A DNA stretch of 64,000 bases from Candidatus Latescibacterota bacterium. GTDB lineage: Bacteria; Latescibacterota; UBA2968; GCA-2709665. The notes below the pieces were generated by a model, which worked only from the letters and a program-made list of their open reading frames with translations, did no database searches and was not told the origin of the DNA. This document shows, in pieces, positions 41,354-51,629 of this stretch. The stretch covers positions 4,256,001 through 4,320,000 of the forward strand of contig OZ244937.1 of NCBI GenBank assembly GCA_965222075.1, written 5' to 3'. Within the stretch, counting starts at the first letter, position 1, and every line of letters starts with the position of its first letter. The position numbers and the translations under genes were made by a program.

Positions 41354-41491
41354 GGGGCTGCCGCTTTTATCAGGAAAAGGGTAGTGCGTTGATGCAGCAC
41401 AACCTGGTCCGCGAGCTTCGCAGCCCACATTGAGAGGCGCACTTTGGAATCCAGCCCCCAAGCACATCCATCGCCTCCAAGGAGAACATCC

Positions 41492-42661
41492 ATGACCTCG
41501 GACCTCCTCAGTTCCCTCACAAGGGTCAAAAACGCCCGAACCCTGCGGTCCTCCTCCTGGGACACCTCTGGCCGCAACAGCGATGCCTGGACGGTTGAGG
41601 CCGGACAGACCCGGGTGCTCGCAAACCAGAAAGGCCCCGGATGCGTCACCCACATCTGGATGACCCAGACGGGCGAAAAAACCTTCCGGGACGTCCTGCT
41701 CAAAATGTACTGGGACGACGAAAAAACCCCCAGCGTCCTGGTCCCCTTGGGCGACTTCTTCTGCCTGGGCCACAACCTCATGAACTCCTTCCAGTCACTC
41801 CCCTTCTCCGCATCGGCGCACACCGGCAGGGAAAACCGGTTCGGGGCGAACGTGGCCCTCAACAGCTACTTCCAGATGCCCTTCAATCAATCCGCCCGGA
41901 TCGAAGTCACCAACGAAGGCGAAGAGGCCTACAGGCAGTACTTCTATGTTGACTACGAAGTCTACGACGCCCCCCTCGCAGACGACATCGCCTACTTCCA
42001 CGCCCAGTTCCGGCGGGAGAACCCCTGCGACGGCTGGGGCCACGAAATCCGTGTCAACACCCCCGAGGCCAACATCGCCAACAAAGAAAAAGAGGCCTGG
42101 GCAAACAACTACGTTATCCTCGAAGCCAAAGGCACCGGCCACTACCTCGGCTGCAACCTCTCCGTCACCAATTTCCAGGGCACCTGGTGGGGAGAGGGCG
42201 ACGACATGATCTGGGTGGACGGCTACAAATGGCCCCCCGACCTCCACGGCACCGGCAGCGAAGACTACCTTGGCCAGGCCTGGGGCATGCAGGACAACGC
42301 CTACCTCTTTAACGGCAGCTCCATCTACGAACACAACACCGGCGGCTACCAGACCTCCTACGTCTTCCACCTCACCAACCCGGTCCGCTTCCGGAAAGAA
42401 ATCAGGGCCACCATCGAACACGGCCACGGCAACCACCTCGCCAACGAAATGTCTTCCGTGGCCTACTGGTACCAGCTCGAACCCCACAGGAAATTCGGCA
42501 TCCTCCCCGTCCAGAAACGTCGGCCCGTGGAACGCCTGGGCGAACACTGGACCGTGGACTGGAAGACAGATCGCGCGTCGCAAACCACCCGTCGCAAACC
42601 CACCCTCAATGCCGAAATGGTAAAGATAAAGCGTCGGTGGGCCAGGAAGCAGGGCCGATAA
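41492..42661 (+). CDS. DUF2961/GH172-family protein
   Basis: GPG..THIW, PSV.VPLGDFF, WWGEGD, GTGSEDY, IEHG. Confidence 0.85.
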   Translation: MTSDLLSSLTRVKNARTLRSSSWDTSGRNSDAWTVEAGQTRVLANQKGPGCVTHIWMTQTGEKTFRDVLLKMYWDDEKTPSVLVPLGDFFCLGHNLMNSFQSLPFSASAHTGRENRFGANVALNSYFQMPFNQSARIEVTNEGEEAYRQYFYVDYEVYDAPLADDIAYFHAQFRRENPCDGWGHEIRVNTPEANIANKEKEAWANNYVILEAKGTGHYLGCNLSVTNFQGTWWGEGDDMIWVDGYKWPPDLHGTGSEDYLGQAWGMQDNAYLFNGSSIYEHNTGGYQTSYVFHLTNPVRFRKEIRATIEHGHGNHLANEMSSVAYWYQLEPHRKFGILPVQKRRPVERLGEHWTVDWKTDRASQTTRRKPTLNAEMVKIKRRWARKQGR

Positions 42662-42798
42662 CTGGAACCACCTTTGTCAGATCTCTGGAATACAGAAGCT
42701 CGTGCCTGCGGGGCTTTTTTCGTGGGACGCGTACAGGACGCTTTGACGCCCTCATCGGATTGCCAAATCCGGCGAAGATGGCCCGGCGAGAAAATCGG

Positions 42799-42827
42799 TT
42801 GACAGAATCCCCTCCTCCGACTATCAT
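42799..42827 (+). promoter_or_regulatory. Sigma70-type promoter
   Basis: TTGACA-17bp-TATCAT. Confidence 0.6.
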
Positions 42828-42897
42828 CATGGCCGATCAAGGGTGGATCGTGGATCGTAAAAACGAGACCCGAGACCCGAACCCCGAGACCCAACCC

Positions 42898-43995
42898 ATG
42901 CCAACCTCATCCGTAACCGTCCTGGGCGGCGGCAACACCGCCTTCTCTGTGGCTGCCAACCTGACTCTAAAAGGTGTTGACGTCACCCTCTACGAAATTT
43001 CGGGCTTTAAAGGCGCACTGAACCCGATAAAGGAATCGGGCGTCATCCACCTGGTCGGCGTCGGCGAACAGGGTGCGGCAAGAATCCACCGTATCACGAC
43101 CGACGTTGGTGAGGCCTTAAACGCCTCCGACCTCGCCCTCCTCATCGTGCCGGCCTACGCCCATAAGCCCTTCGCCGAAGTCTGCGCCCCTCACCTCCGG
43201 GTCGGGCAGACCGTTGTCCTCATGCCCGGCACCCTCGGCATCCTCGAATGGGCGCGCATCCTCCGCGAGGCCGGAACCGGCGGTGTCACCCTCGCCGAGG
43301 TGGACACCGCCCCTTACGTCTGCCGAAAAACCGCCCCCGACACCGCCACCATCTGGGGCATCGTCTCTGGTCTGGGCCTGGGGGTGCTGCCTGCCACACA
43401 GACGGAACGCGTATTGGAGCAGATCGCCCCTCTCTTTCCGGGTATCTCCCCTTACCCCGACGCCATGGCCTGCGGTCTGGCCGCCATGAACCCGGTGGTC
43501 CACCCCGCAGGCGTCCTGCTCAACGCCGGGCGCGTGGAGTATTCACACGGCCAGTTCTACTTCTACGAAGAAGGCGTCACCCCCTCTGTGGCAAAGGTCA
43601 TCATGCAGGTCGACGCGGAACGCCGGGCGATCGCCAGTGCCCTCGGCTACAACCTCTGTCCCGCAGACGAGGCCTTTCACAGGGCCGGGTTCGGGCCCAG
43701 GGGAGATCTCTGGGCCACCATCAACGGCTCCTACATGCTCACCCGCCTCAAGGCCCCCGGCTCCTTGGACAGCCGGTGGCTCACCGAAGACATCCCCTAC
43801 GGTCTGGCGGCCTGGAGTTCGGTCGGCGCTCAGTATAATGTAGAAACGCCCACCATGAGGGCGCTGGTGGACATCGGATCTGTTGTGATGGGATTGGACG
43901 GCTGGGCAGCCGGCCGGGGTGTGGGTGAACTCGGGATCGCGGGAATGGATCGCCAGAGGTTAACAGCGTTCCTTCAGAGTGGGGAAACGGGATAG
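42898..43995 (+). CDS. NAD/NADP octopine/nopaline (opine) dehydrogenase family
   Basis: VLGGGN, NP.VHP...LN.G, FY.EG, R...ED.PYGL. Confidence 0.85.
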   Translation: MPTSSVTVLGGGNTAFSVAANLTLKGVDVTLYEISGFKGALNPIKESGVIHLVGVGEQGAARIHRITTDVGEALNASDLALLIVPAYAHKPFAEVCAPHLRVGQTVVLMPGTLGILEWARILREAGTGGVTLAEVDTAPYVCRKTAPDTATIWGIVSGLGLGVLPATQTERVLEQIAPLFPGISPYPDAMACGLAAMNPVVHPAGVLLNAGRVEYSHGQFYFYEEGVTPSVAKVIMQVDAERRAIASALGYNLCPADEAFHRAGFGPRGDLWATINGSYMLTRLKAPGSLDSRWLTEDIPYGLAAWSSVGAQYNVETPTMRALVDIGSVVMGLDGWAAGRGVGELGIAGMDRQRLTAFLQSGETG

Positions 43996-44040
43996 CGGTG
44001 GACCAGAAAACCGATATTGAAATTTTTCAAGAACAACCTG

Positions 44041-45102
44041 TTATCCTATTCCCACCGCCCGCCCTTCTTCTGCCGAGCGATAGATCGCATCCGTAATCTG
44101 CTGCACCACCAGCGCCTCCTCCAGCCCCGTCTTGGGTCGGCGGTTCTCCCGGATCGCCAGGGCAAAATCCCCCACCGGCCCCGCGTGGACCAACCCTGAG
44201 TCTTCGTCCCCCTCCCAGATCGTCTCCGAAACCACCCCTTCCTCCGACGACGCCCGGTTGTAGACGATCCGCTTGCCTTCTCTAACCGGCATATCCAACT
44301 CCAGAGACCCCTCTGTCCCTACAATCTTCCACGCATCCTCTGCCCGGGCCGCGGTCATCTCCCCTCGTTCGAAATGGATCACCGCTCCTCCCTCGCAGCG
44401 GACGATCGCTGCTGCGTGGGTCTCGGCATCGGACCCCGGCGCGGTCAGCGCTTCGAACTTTGGCGGCACTGTCCAGGTCTGTCCCAGCACCAGCTTCGGT
44501 CTGAGCGACCAGCCCGTAACCCCCAGCAGGTAATCCAGGTCGTAACACCCCCAGTTGGACATAATCCCGCCCCCGTTGAGCACCACCTTCAACCGCCACT
44601 CCGGCGGTGGCGTCTGGGAAGGGCCGCTCCCCGGCCGAATCGCCCGGCACTGAATCATCCTCAACGCGCCCAAGGCGCCCGTGGCAAGAAACTCCGTCAC
44701 TGCATCGGCGGACGGCAGAAACCGGTACCGCGACGAACAGCACCCCGCAACCAGATCCCCCCGCGCCTGGATCAACTGCCGGACCTCGTCCGCATTCATC
44801 GCCACCGGTTTCTCGGTCAGCACGTGTTTGCCCCGCTCAAACGCCCGAAGCCCCAGCCCGGTTCGGATGCAGGCCGGCATCGCCAGCACCACCGCCTCAA
44901 CCCGGCCGTCCTCCAGCAAGTCATCCCCCTGGGCATACACCGTCTCCACCCCGTATTTCTCGGCCATCTCCCGGGCAACCGTCTCGCGCAAATCGGCCAC
45001 GGCCACCACATCGATCGCCGTCGAATCCGTAGCCGCCTCCAAGTGCCTCCGGCCGATCACACCGCACCCGATAATCCCCAGACGCACAGGTTCCATTGCC
45101 AT
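44041..45102 (-). CDS. Gfo/Idh/MocA family oxidoreductase
   Basis: GIIGCG, TEKP, GGG...WG.Y..D. Confidence 0.88.
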   Translation of the reverse strand: MAMEPVRLGIIGCGVIGRRHLEAATDSTAIDVVAVADLRETVAREMAEKYGVETVYAQGDDLLEDGRVEAVVLAMPACIRTGLGLRAFERGKHVLTEKPVAMNADEVRQLIQARGDLVAGCCSSRYRFLPSADAVTEFLATGALGALRMIQCRAIRPGSGPSQTPPPEWRLKVVLNGGGIMSNWGCYDLDYLLGVTGWSLRPKLVLGQTWTVPPKFEALTAPGSDAETHAAAIVRCEGGAVIHFERGEMTAARAEDAWKIVGTEGSLELDMPVREGKRIVYNRASSEEGVVSETIWEGDEDSGLVHAGPVGDFALAIRENRRPKTGLEEALVVQQITDAIYRSAEEGRAVGIG

Positions 45103-45132
45103 GCCCTTTCCGTCTCCCCCGTAGGGGTGCCT

Positions 45133-45732
45133 TTACCGCTTTCCCTGCAACCGCTCCTCCCGCATCGCTCGGGATCGGTCGTAATAGGTCCAGAGGTCTT
45201 CCAGATCGAACTCCCGTTCAACATCCTCCACCGTCACATCCTCCATCAGCGACTCCATCACAAACGTCGCTTCGGGTCTCAGGATCGAGAACCGCACCCC
45301 GGGGCCGTATTTTGCCTCAACAGCCCCCAGCTTCGCCTGATTGAAATCTAAGTGATACGCCTTGCAGTCCGTATTGACGTCTGCAAATGCAAAAGGCGAC
45401 AGGTCGCCCTTGTCCACCAGAGTCTCCTGGTATCCCTGCCAGGCCAGACGTCGGCCGCACATATCCACAATCACACTCTCTTTAGACTGGCTCACCACCA
45501 GAAAAACCCCGTAGTCCCGGGCCCAGGCCCCGTGGCGCTGTCCGCCGTGAAACATGCTCGGAAAAAACACGATGCGCGCCCCGGCCCGGGCAAGCATCAT
45601 CGCTACCTCCGGGAACTTCAGGTCAAAACAGATACACATCCCCACCCGTCCACAGTCCGTCTCCCACGTTGGCGCCTCCGTACCGGGAAGCGTCCCATTG
45701 TTCATCTCCGTCATCGTCGGCTGAACCTTCCG
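45133..45732 (-). pseudogene. Carbon-nitrogen hydrolase (nitrilase superfamily), N-terminally deleted
   Basis: RKVQPT (catalytic K), G..ICFD..FPE (catalytic C). The N-terminal part with the catalytic Glu is absent and the upstream PhyH gene occupies its place. Confidence 0.7.
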
Positions 45733-46580
45733 GGGGTTCGGGTTCTCTCGTATTCTACGTTTGGGTCGGCCTTCGGCCTTGCCACGCCTCGGATTACGTC
45801 TGGAATTTCTCCTTTCCACCAGGTCGGCGGATCGGGGAAGGGGAAGACCGAATGCCATTGCAGCAGGAGGGTCCGACGCTTACCGGTCCGATTCGGCCAG
45901 GCTGCGTGGAGCACACGGGCGTCTGCGATCACCAGATCTTCAGACTTGACCGGGACATCCACAGCATTGGGGTGGTCCATAAAAGCCGGGTGTGACAAAT
46001 CTTCGACCGCCTGGATCTCCTCGCCGTGCGCCGCAGGCAGGAAATCGTGCAGATCAATCCGCATGTGATGCGTACCCGGAATAACCCGGAGGCACCCGTT
46101 TTCCCGTGTCGTATTCGTCAGATAATAAGACAGGAAAATCCGTGTGGGCCACCGGGACGCGGCCTCAGGGTGGTTCCAGTTCGTAAAGTCCTGGTGCCAG
46201 TACAGGGGCGGGCCGTGAGGGGGTTTGGATAACAGGATGATTTTGTCGTCGGCCCGCTGGCCTTCCAGCCCGAGCAATCGGCATGCTTCCCACTGTTCTG
46301 GAAGATCGATAATGCGTTCTACAATCGGATCGGATAACTGGCGCTCGTCCGGCGTCTGGCCTTTAGGGGTGCGCCATTTCCGCTGGGTGGACACGTGGAT
46401 GTCGCTTCCCTGGTAGCGGTATTTTGGATTGACGGGCACGCGGTCGAAGATGTCCTCGGACCAGTGGCGTAATTCGTCGAGAAACGGGTTCTGCAAAACT
46501 CCCGGAACCACGGTATATCCCAGCTCCACCAACTCCTGCCGCTTTTGCAGTGCCTCTTTGGGGGTAAGAATCGACATCAT
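45711..46580 (-). CDS. Phytanoyl-CoA dioxygenase (PhyH) family
   Basis: WHQD, NGCLRVIPGTH, LHA..PN...RR. Confidence 0.88.
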   Translation of the reverse strand: MMSILTPKEALQKRQELVELGYTVVPGVLQNPFLDELRHWSEDIFDRVPVNPKYRYQGSDIHVSTQRKWRTPKGQTPDERQLSDPIVERIIDLPEQWEACRLLGLEGQRADDKIILLSKPPHGPPLYWHQDFTNWNHPEAASRWPTRIFLSYYLTNTTRENGCLRVIPGTHHMRIDLHDFLPAAHGEEIQAVEDLSHPAFMDHPNAVDVPVKSEDLVIADARVLHAAWPNRTGKRRTLLLQWHSVFPFPDPPTWWKGEIPDVIRGVARPKADPNVEYERTRTPGRFSRR

Positions 46581-46622
46581 ATCCTCATGCGTCCTGGTTT
46601 TAAAACAACCTCTCCCGAATAT

Positions 46623-47600
46623 CTACCGGTCGCCATAATAATGTTTCAAACATTCGTTCATTACCCACGCTGTCCGCGCCCCGCTCTCCCCGGTCGATTC
46701 ACAGACTCCTTTTCTCAAAAGCTGGTCCACCACCGTCTGGACCAGCGGTTGGTGTACGTGGAGCGGATTTCGAAACTCCAGAATCTCCTCTTTGCCCTCC
46801 TTTTTAACCGTGATCCCCGTATCGGAAAAAACCGGACACTGCAGTTCCCCTTCCGACCCGGTAAACGTGATCCGATCTTCTTCGTGGTCCGCATTGAAAT
46901 TCCAGACCCCCGTGCCCACACTCCCCGGCTCGAACTCGAAACAGGCCGCCGTCACATCCTCGGCCCGATACGCCCCTCCCGTATTCACGGAGAAGCCCCC
47001 CACCGCCTTGATGGGGCCCACCAGAAAATCGAGCAGGTCCAGTCCATGAGACCCAAGATCCGTAAACAGCCCGCCGCCCGCAATAGAGGGGTCGTAACGC
47101 CAGCCCAGCGCCTGCTCGCCCGTATCCAGCGGCCCGTACTGGACGATATGCACAGAACTCAACGTCCCCAATACCCTTTCTCGCAGCAGTTCCCGAACCT
47201 TTAAAAACCGGGGAAGGCCGCGGCGGTAATACGCCACAAAAAGTGGCGCCCCCTTCGCCTTGAACGCCTCCACCATCCTGGTGCATTCCGCATGGGTCAT
47301 CGCCATCGGCTTTTCAACTAAGCAGGGCTTGCCGGCCTCTGCAACCTTCAACGCCAGCTCGCAGTGGGAAGACGGAGGCGTTGCAACATAAACCGCATCC
47401 ACCTCAGCATCGGCAATCAAATCCTCCGCCCGGCCGTAGGACCGGGGCACGCCGTGCCGCTGCGCATAATCGGCCGCTTTCTTCTCATCCCGCCGCATCA
47501 CCGCCACAAGCGCCGAACCTTCCGCCTTCTGAAACCCCGGCCCGCTCTTCACCTCCGTCACATCCCCGCATCCGATAATCCCCCATCTGACAGTCTCCAT
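46623..47600 (-). CDS. Gfo/Idh/MocA family oxidoreductase
   Basis: WGIIGCG.V.E.KSGP, ATPP..H, EKP, GGG.F.D.GSH..D. Confidence 0.9.
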   Translation of the reverse strand: METVRWGIIGCGDVTEVKSGPGFQKAEGSALVAVMRRDEKKAADYAQRHGVPRSYGRAEDLIADAEVDAVYVATPPSSHCELALKVAEAGKPCLVEKPMAMTHAECTRMVEAFKAKGAPLFVAYYRRGLPRFLKVRELLRERVLGTLSSVHIVQYGPLDTGEQALGWRYDPSIAGGGLFTDLGSHGLDLLDFLVGPIKAVGGFSVNTGGAYRAEDVTAACFEFEPGSVGTGVWNFNADHEEDRITFTGSEGELQCPVFSDTGITVKKEGKEEILEFRNPLHVHQPLVQTVVDQLLRKGVCESTGESGARTAWVMNECLKHYYGDR

Positions 47601-47921
47601 TTCACCTTCCTTTCACCACTTATTATGAAACTGGCATCTTTCTCCACGCAGCCAATTTCCAAGATAACGCTTTTGCGACGGATTTCCAAGCGCTCCACAC
47701 CTCCGAGAAAAAGAAACGCATCTCCACGATCAGGAAGAGAAAATAGACTGGATTTAAGTCTCCCAAAATGGTACCTTGGGTTCTACAGAGTGGCTCTTGA
47801 CGTTGGGTTTTCCCCTCTCTCTTCTGCACGTTATCTGTGTCTACCTGTGTTCATCAGTGGTCGCTTTTGCCTTTCTCTGCCGTCCAACCCACTCATCAGA
47901 AAGGAACAGAAAGGAACAGAG

Positions 47922-48725
47922 ATGGAAACGTCCGAACCAACCGTCCAGCAGTTATTCGACCTGACCGGGAAAGTTGCGCTCATCACCGGCGGCACAGGCT
48001 ACCTGGGCTCGACCATGGCTCGGGCCCTGGCCGAAGCCGGCGCATCGGTCGTCATCAGCAGCCGGGACCGCAGCCGGGCGCAGGCCGCCATGGAGACGCT
48101 GCCCAGGGCAGGCGGCGCGGAGCACTTCGGCGTCCTGCTGGATCATATGGAACCGTCGTCCGTCGAATCCGGTTTTGCCGAAGCGGTCGAGTCCGCTGGA
48201 AAGGTCGATATCCTGGTCAACAACGGGAACGAAGCGCAGGCCAACGACTGGACCAGCGTCACGCATGAACAGTTCACCCGCCAACTCGCCAACGCGTCGG
48301 GATATTTCACACTTGCCCGCCTCCTTCGAAACCACGCTGTCGAACGCAGCGCCCCGGCAAGCATCGTCATGCTTGGCTCCATGTACGGCCAGGTCGCCTC
48401 CTATCCCGATGCCTACGAAGGGGTCTGCAACGCCAGCCCCGCCGGCTACCATGCGCTCAAAGGCGGGATCATCCACCTGACGCGTCACCTGGCCATCTAC
48501 TGGGCCCGCGACAACGTACGCGTCAACTGCCTCAGTCCCGGTCCATTCCCCAACAACCCAAAGGTCCAGTTAGAATTGGTAAAACGCCTGTGTGTCAAAA
48601 GCCCGATGGTGCGCATGGGCCTTCCCTATGAACTCAAAGGCGCCATCCTGTTCCTCGCCAGCGACGCCAGCAGCTACATGACCGGCCAGAACCTCACCAT
48701 CGACGGCGGCTGGACCGCCTGGTAA
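47922..48725 (+). CDS. SDR family oxidoreductase
   Basis: TGGTG.LG, SMYG, Y.A.K, DGG.TAW. Confidence 0.9.
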   Translation: METSEPTVQQLFDLTGKVALITGGTGYLGSTMARALAEAGASVVISSRDRSRAQAAMETLPRAGGAEHFGVLLDHMEPSSVESGFAEAVESAGKVDILVNNGNEAQANDWTSVTHEQFTRQLANASGYFTLARLLRNHAVERSAPASIVMLGSMYGQVASYPDAYEGVCNASPAGYHALKGGIIHLTRHLAIYWARDNVRVNCLSPGPFPNNPKVQLELVKRLCVKSPMVRMGLPYELKGAILFLASDASSYMTGQNLTIDGGWTAW

Positions 48726-48739
48726 AAGGAGATCTCATC

Positions 48740-50092
48740 ATGGCAGAACAGATTGCCGCACCGGTAAAACACTCGGTAAGACGTTCGATGGAAGTCTTCG
48801 AAAGGGCACAGCAGGTGATCCCCGGCGCCACCCAGTTGATCAGCCGTCGCCCGACCCGTGCGGCCTTAGGCTTCAGCCCCATCTATGCCGAACGCGCCAA
48901 AGGGTGCCGCATCTGGGACATCGACGGCAACGAATACGTGGACTGGATGAGCGCCGTCGGCCCCATTATCCTGGGATATGCGGATGACGCCGTGGACAGC
49001 GCCGTGAAAGAGCAGATCGCTAAAGGATCGATTTACAGCATCGTACACGAAACTGCGGTGGAACTGGCCGAGGAACTCGTGCGCCTCATCCCCTCCGCCG
49101 AGATGGTGCGCTACGCCAAGGGAGGCGGGGAAGCCTGCACCGTCGCGGTGCGCATCGCCCGCGGCGTCACCAGCAGAGACAAGGTCCTCTTCTCCGGCTA
49201 CCATGGCTGGCACGACTGGTACCTGGCGGCGAACCTGGTCGGTGAAAGGCTGGACACCCACCTCCTGCCCGGCATCGAACCCATCGGCGTGCCCAGCGTC
49301 CTGGAAGGCACAACCATTCCCTTTCAATACGGCGACCTGGACATGCTGGAAGACCTGTTAAAGCGACACGACGGCGACGTCGCCTGCATCATCATGGAAC
49401 CTATGCGCACGGAATTGCCCCCCGAAGGCTATCTGGAAGGGGTGCGCGAACTGGCCACGCGCTACGGCGTAATCCTCATCTTCGACGAAGTTTCCAGCGG
49501 CTTCCGAATCGCCCTGGGCGGAGTGCAGGAATATACCGGCATCATCCCCGACCTGTCCGTCTTCGCCAAAGCCATCTCCAACGGCTATCCCATGGCGGCG
49601 GTCGTGGGAAAACGGGAAGTCATGGAGATGGTATCCCGCATGTTCATCTCCAGCGCCTACTGGGACGACAACATCGGTGTTGTGGCTGCGCTCACCACCC
49701 TCAAGGAACTCCAGCGCCGCAATGCCGTGGCCCATTTCGAAAAGGTCGGATCGTCGTTCAGTGAACGGATCAACCGGGTCGCCCGGGAAGTCGGACTGGA
49801 TGCAAAGTGCGTGGGCGTCGCCGCGCATCCGGGCATCCGGTTCAACGTGGAGGGTGCGGAAACGGCCAAAAAGGTCACCACCCTCTTCATCCAGGAGAAC
49901 GCCCGCAGGGGCCTCATCCTCTCCACCGGCTTCTTCTTCAACTGCGCCCACGACGACGCGGCACTGGATAAGACAGAAGCAGTGGTTCGGGAGAGCTTTG
50001 CAGTCGTCAAAGACGGGCTGGAAAACGACCGGCTGGATGAGCTCCTGGAATGTGAGATGCAGGAGGATCTATTCAGGCGGATGGTTCGCTAA
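48740..50092 (+). CDS. Class III aminotransferase (GSA-aminomutase-like)
   Basis: D.DGNEY.D, GYHGW, IFDEV.SGFR, FAKA..NG. Confidence 0.88.
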   Translation: MAEQIAAPVKHSVRRSMEVFERAQQVIPGATQLISRRPTRAALGFSPIYAERAKGCRIWDIDGNEYVDWMSAVGPIILGYADDAVDSAVKEQIAKGSIYSIVHETAVELAEELVRLIPSAEMVRYAKGGGEACTVAVRIARGVTSRDKVLFSGYHGWHDWYLAANLVGERLDTHLLPGIEPIGVPSVLEGTTIPFQYGDLDMLEDLLKRHDGDVACIIMEPMRTELPPEGYLEGVRELATRYGVILIFDEVSSGFRIALGGVQEYTGIIPDLSVFAKAISNGYPMAAVVGKREVMEMVSRMFISSAYWDDNIGVVAALTTLKELQRRNAVAHFEKVGSSFSERINRVAREVGLDAKCVGVAAHPGIRFNVEGAETAKKVTTLFIQENARRGLILSTGFFFNCAHDDAALDKTEAVVRESFAVVKDGLENDRLDELLECEMQEDLFRRMVR

Positions 50093-50113
50093 GAAAGGCG
50101 GAGGCGAGATCCT

Positions 50114-50218
50114 ATGGGAGAAATCGACTACCGGGACCTCGACCGGGAAATCTGGGAAAATGAACCGGAGGACTTCGTCCCGTCCCAGATCTACGACATG
50201 CACCTCTGGTTGACCTAA
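50114..50218 (+). pseudogene. N-terminal fragment of an amidohydrolase-family gene
   Basis: GGAGG RBS. MGEIDYRDLDREIWE.E.EDFVP.QIYDMH resembles an amidohydrolase N-terminus (D.H) but stops at 34 aa just before REP-like palindromes. Confidence 0.55.
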
Positions 50219-50221
50219 AAA

Positions 50222-50291
50222 CCCAGGGGCGAGATCACCTCGCCCCTGGGTTCTTTATGTCCTACCGGGCGACCGGCCCGGTCGTCCCTAC
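50222..50291. repeat. Two REP-like palindromes (also a probable terminator)
   Basis: cccaggggcgag-atcac-ctcgcccctggg and gggcgaccgg-c-ccggtcgtccctac. Confidence 0.7.
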
Positions 50292-50352
50292 ACCATCGGT
50301 GTTCATCGGTGGTTGCTTTTCACCGACCTCTAACCCCTGAACCCTGTCCTTT

Positions 50353-51516
50353 TCACGTCTTCTCCATCTTACGCCGCAAAAACGTCGGATACTCTAAGTC
50401 GTCCAGGGACACATCCTTTAAGATATTACCCTCCTTCTCATGCGCTTGGCCCGTCTCTCCATTCCCACCAACCTGCCGCATAAACGCGGGAATATCCCGG
50501 CTCACCTTCCGGTTGGACTCCTGGACCTCCTTGGTGTTCTTGCTCCGGCAATCCTCCACGATCGAAAATCCCGTGGCAATCACAGTCACCTGGAGCCCGT
50601 CGCCCAGGCCGTCGTCTAACACCGTCCCCCAGATAATATTCGCCTCGCTGCCCGCCGCCTCGGTAATCACCGAAACCGCTTCGTTGACCTCAAAAAGCTT
50701 CAAATCGCTCCCCGCCGAAATGTTCACGAGCACCCCTCGGGCCCCATCGATGGAGACATCCTCTAACAGGGGGCTCTTGATCGCCTTCTGCGAGGCCTCC
50801 ACCGCCCGGCTCTCGCCCACCGCAGCCCCTGTGCCCATCATCGCATCGCCCCCCTCCAGCATCACGGTGCGCACATCGCTGAAATCTAAGTTCACCTCTC
50901 CTGGGATCGTAATGAGATCCGAAATCCCCCGCGTCGCCTGCAGCAGAACGTCGTCGGCCATTCGAAATGCCTCGCGCAGCGTCGTATCTGCTGAACTCAC
51001 GGCCAACAGGCGCTGGTTCGGGATCACAATCAGCGTATCCACCGCCTCCTTCAGTTCTGCAATCCCCACCTCCGCATTGCGCATCCGGGGCACACCCTCC
51101 ATCGTAAACGGCTTGGTCACAATCCCCACCGTCAGCGCCCCCGCCTCCCGGCCGATCTCGGCCACCACAGGCGATGCGCCCGTGCCCGTGCCTCCTCCCA
51201 TGCCGGCCGTTATAAAGACCATGTCGGAATCGGCCAAGAGTTCGGTCACCTGTTCCCGGTTCTCCTCAACCGCCTGGCGCCCAACCTCCGGGTTGGCCCC
51301 CGCGCCCAGCCCCTTGGTCGCATTCTGCCCGATCTGAACCCGCCGGGGCGCCTCCGACAACTCCAGATCCTGTATATCCGAGTTGATCGCAATAAACTCC
51401 ACCCCCTGCAGGTCCGCTTCAATCATCCGATTCACTGCGTTGCCCCCCGCGCCCCCCACCCCGACCACCCGTATCTTGGCCTGATTCTCGCTATCTACAA
51501 TCGAAAAAGTAACCAC
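50353..51516 (-). CDS. ftsZ: Cell division protein FtsZ
   Basis: GVGGAG.NAV, GMGGGTGTG, NLDFSD, C-terminal L.YPTFLR. Confidence 0.97.
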   Translation of the reverse strand: MVTFSIVDSENQAKIRVVGVGGAGGNAVNRMIEADLQGVEFIAINSDIQDLELSEAPRRVQIGQNATKGLGAGANPEVGRQAVEENREQVTELLADSDMVFITAGMGGGTGTGASPVVAEIGREAGALTVGIVTKPFTMEGVPRMRNAEVGIAELKEAVDTLIVIPNQRLLAVSSADTTLREAFRMADDVLLQATRGISDLITIPGEVNLDFSDVRTVMLEGGDAMMGTGAAVGESRAVEASQKAIKSPLLEDVSIDGARGVLVNISAGSDLKLFEVNEAVSVITEAAGSEANIIWGTVLDDGLGDGLQVTVIATGFSIVEDCRSKNTKEVQESNRKVSRDIPAFMRQVGGNGETGQAHEKEGNILKDVSLDDLEYPTFLRRKMEKT

Positions 51517-51629
51517 CTTATGACCTCCTCTTTGCTGACGAACTGAGAGAACAGAAACAAAAGACTGGAAACTTGCGGAAGCACTCTCTTTTGGGATGGG
51601 CGGGAGGGGCTGACCCCTGGCCCCTGTAT

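Noticed and set aside
47898-47920. 10-bp tandem duplication agaaaggaac at the SDR RBS
   Set aside because: Trivial slippage duplication with no evident consequence
48740-50092. hemL
   Set aside because: Divergent class III aminotransferase in a non-tetrapyrrole context; symbol not assigned
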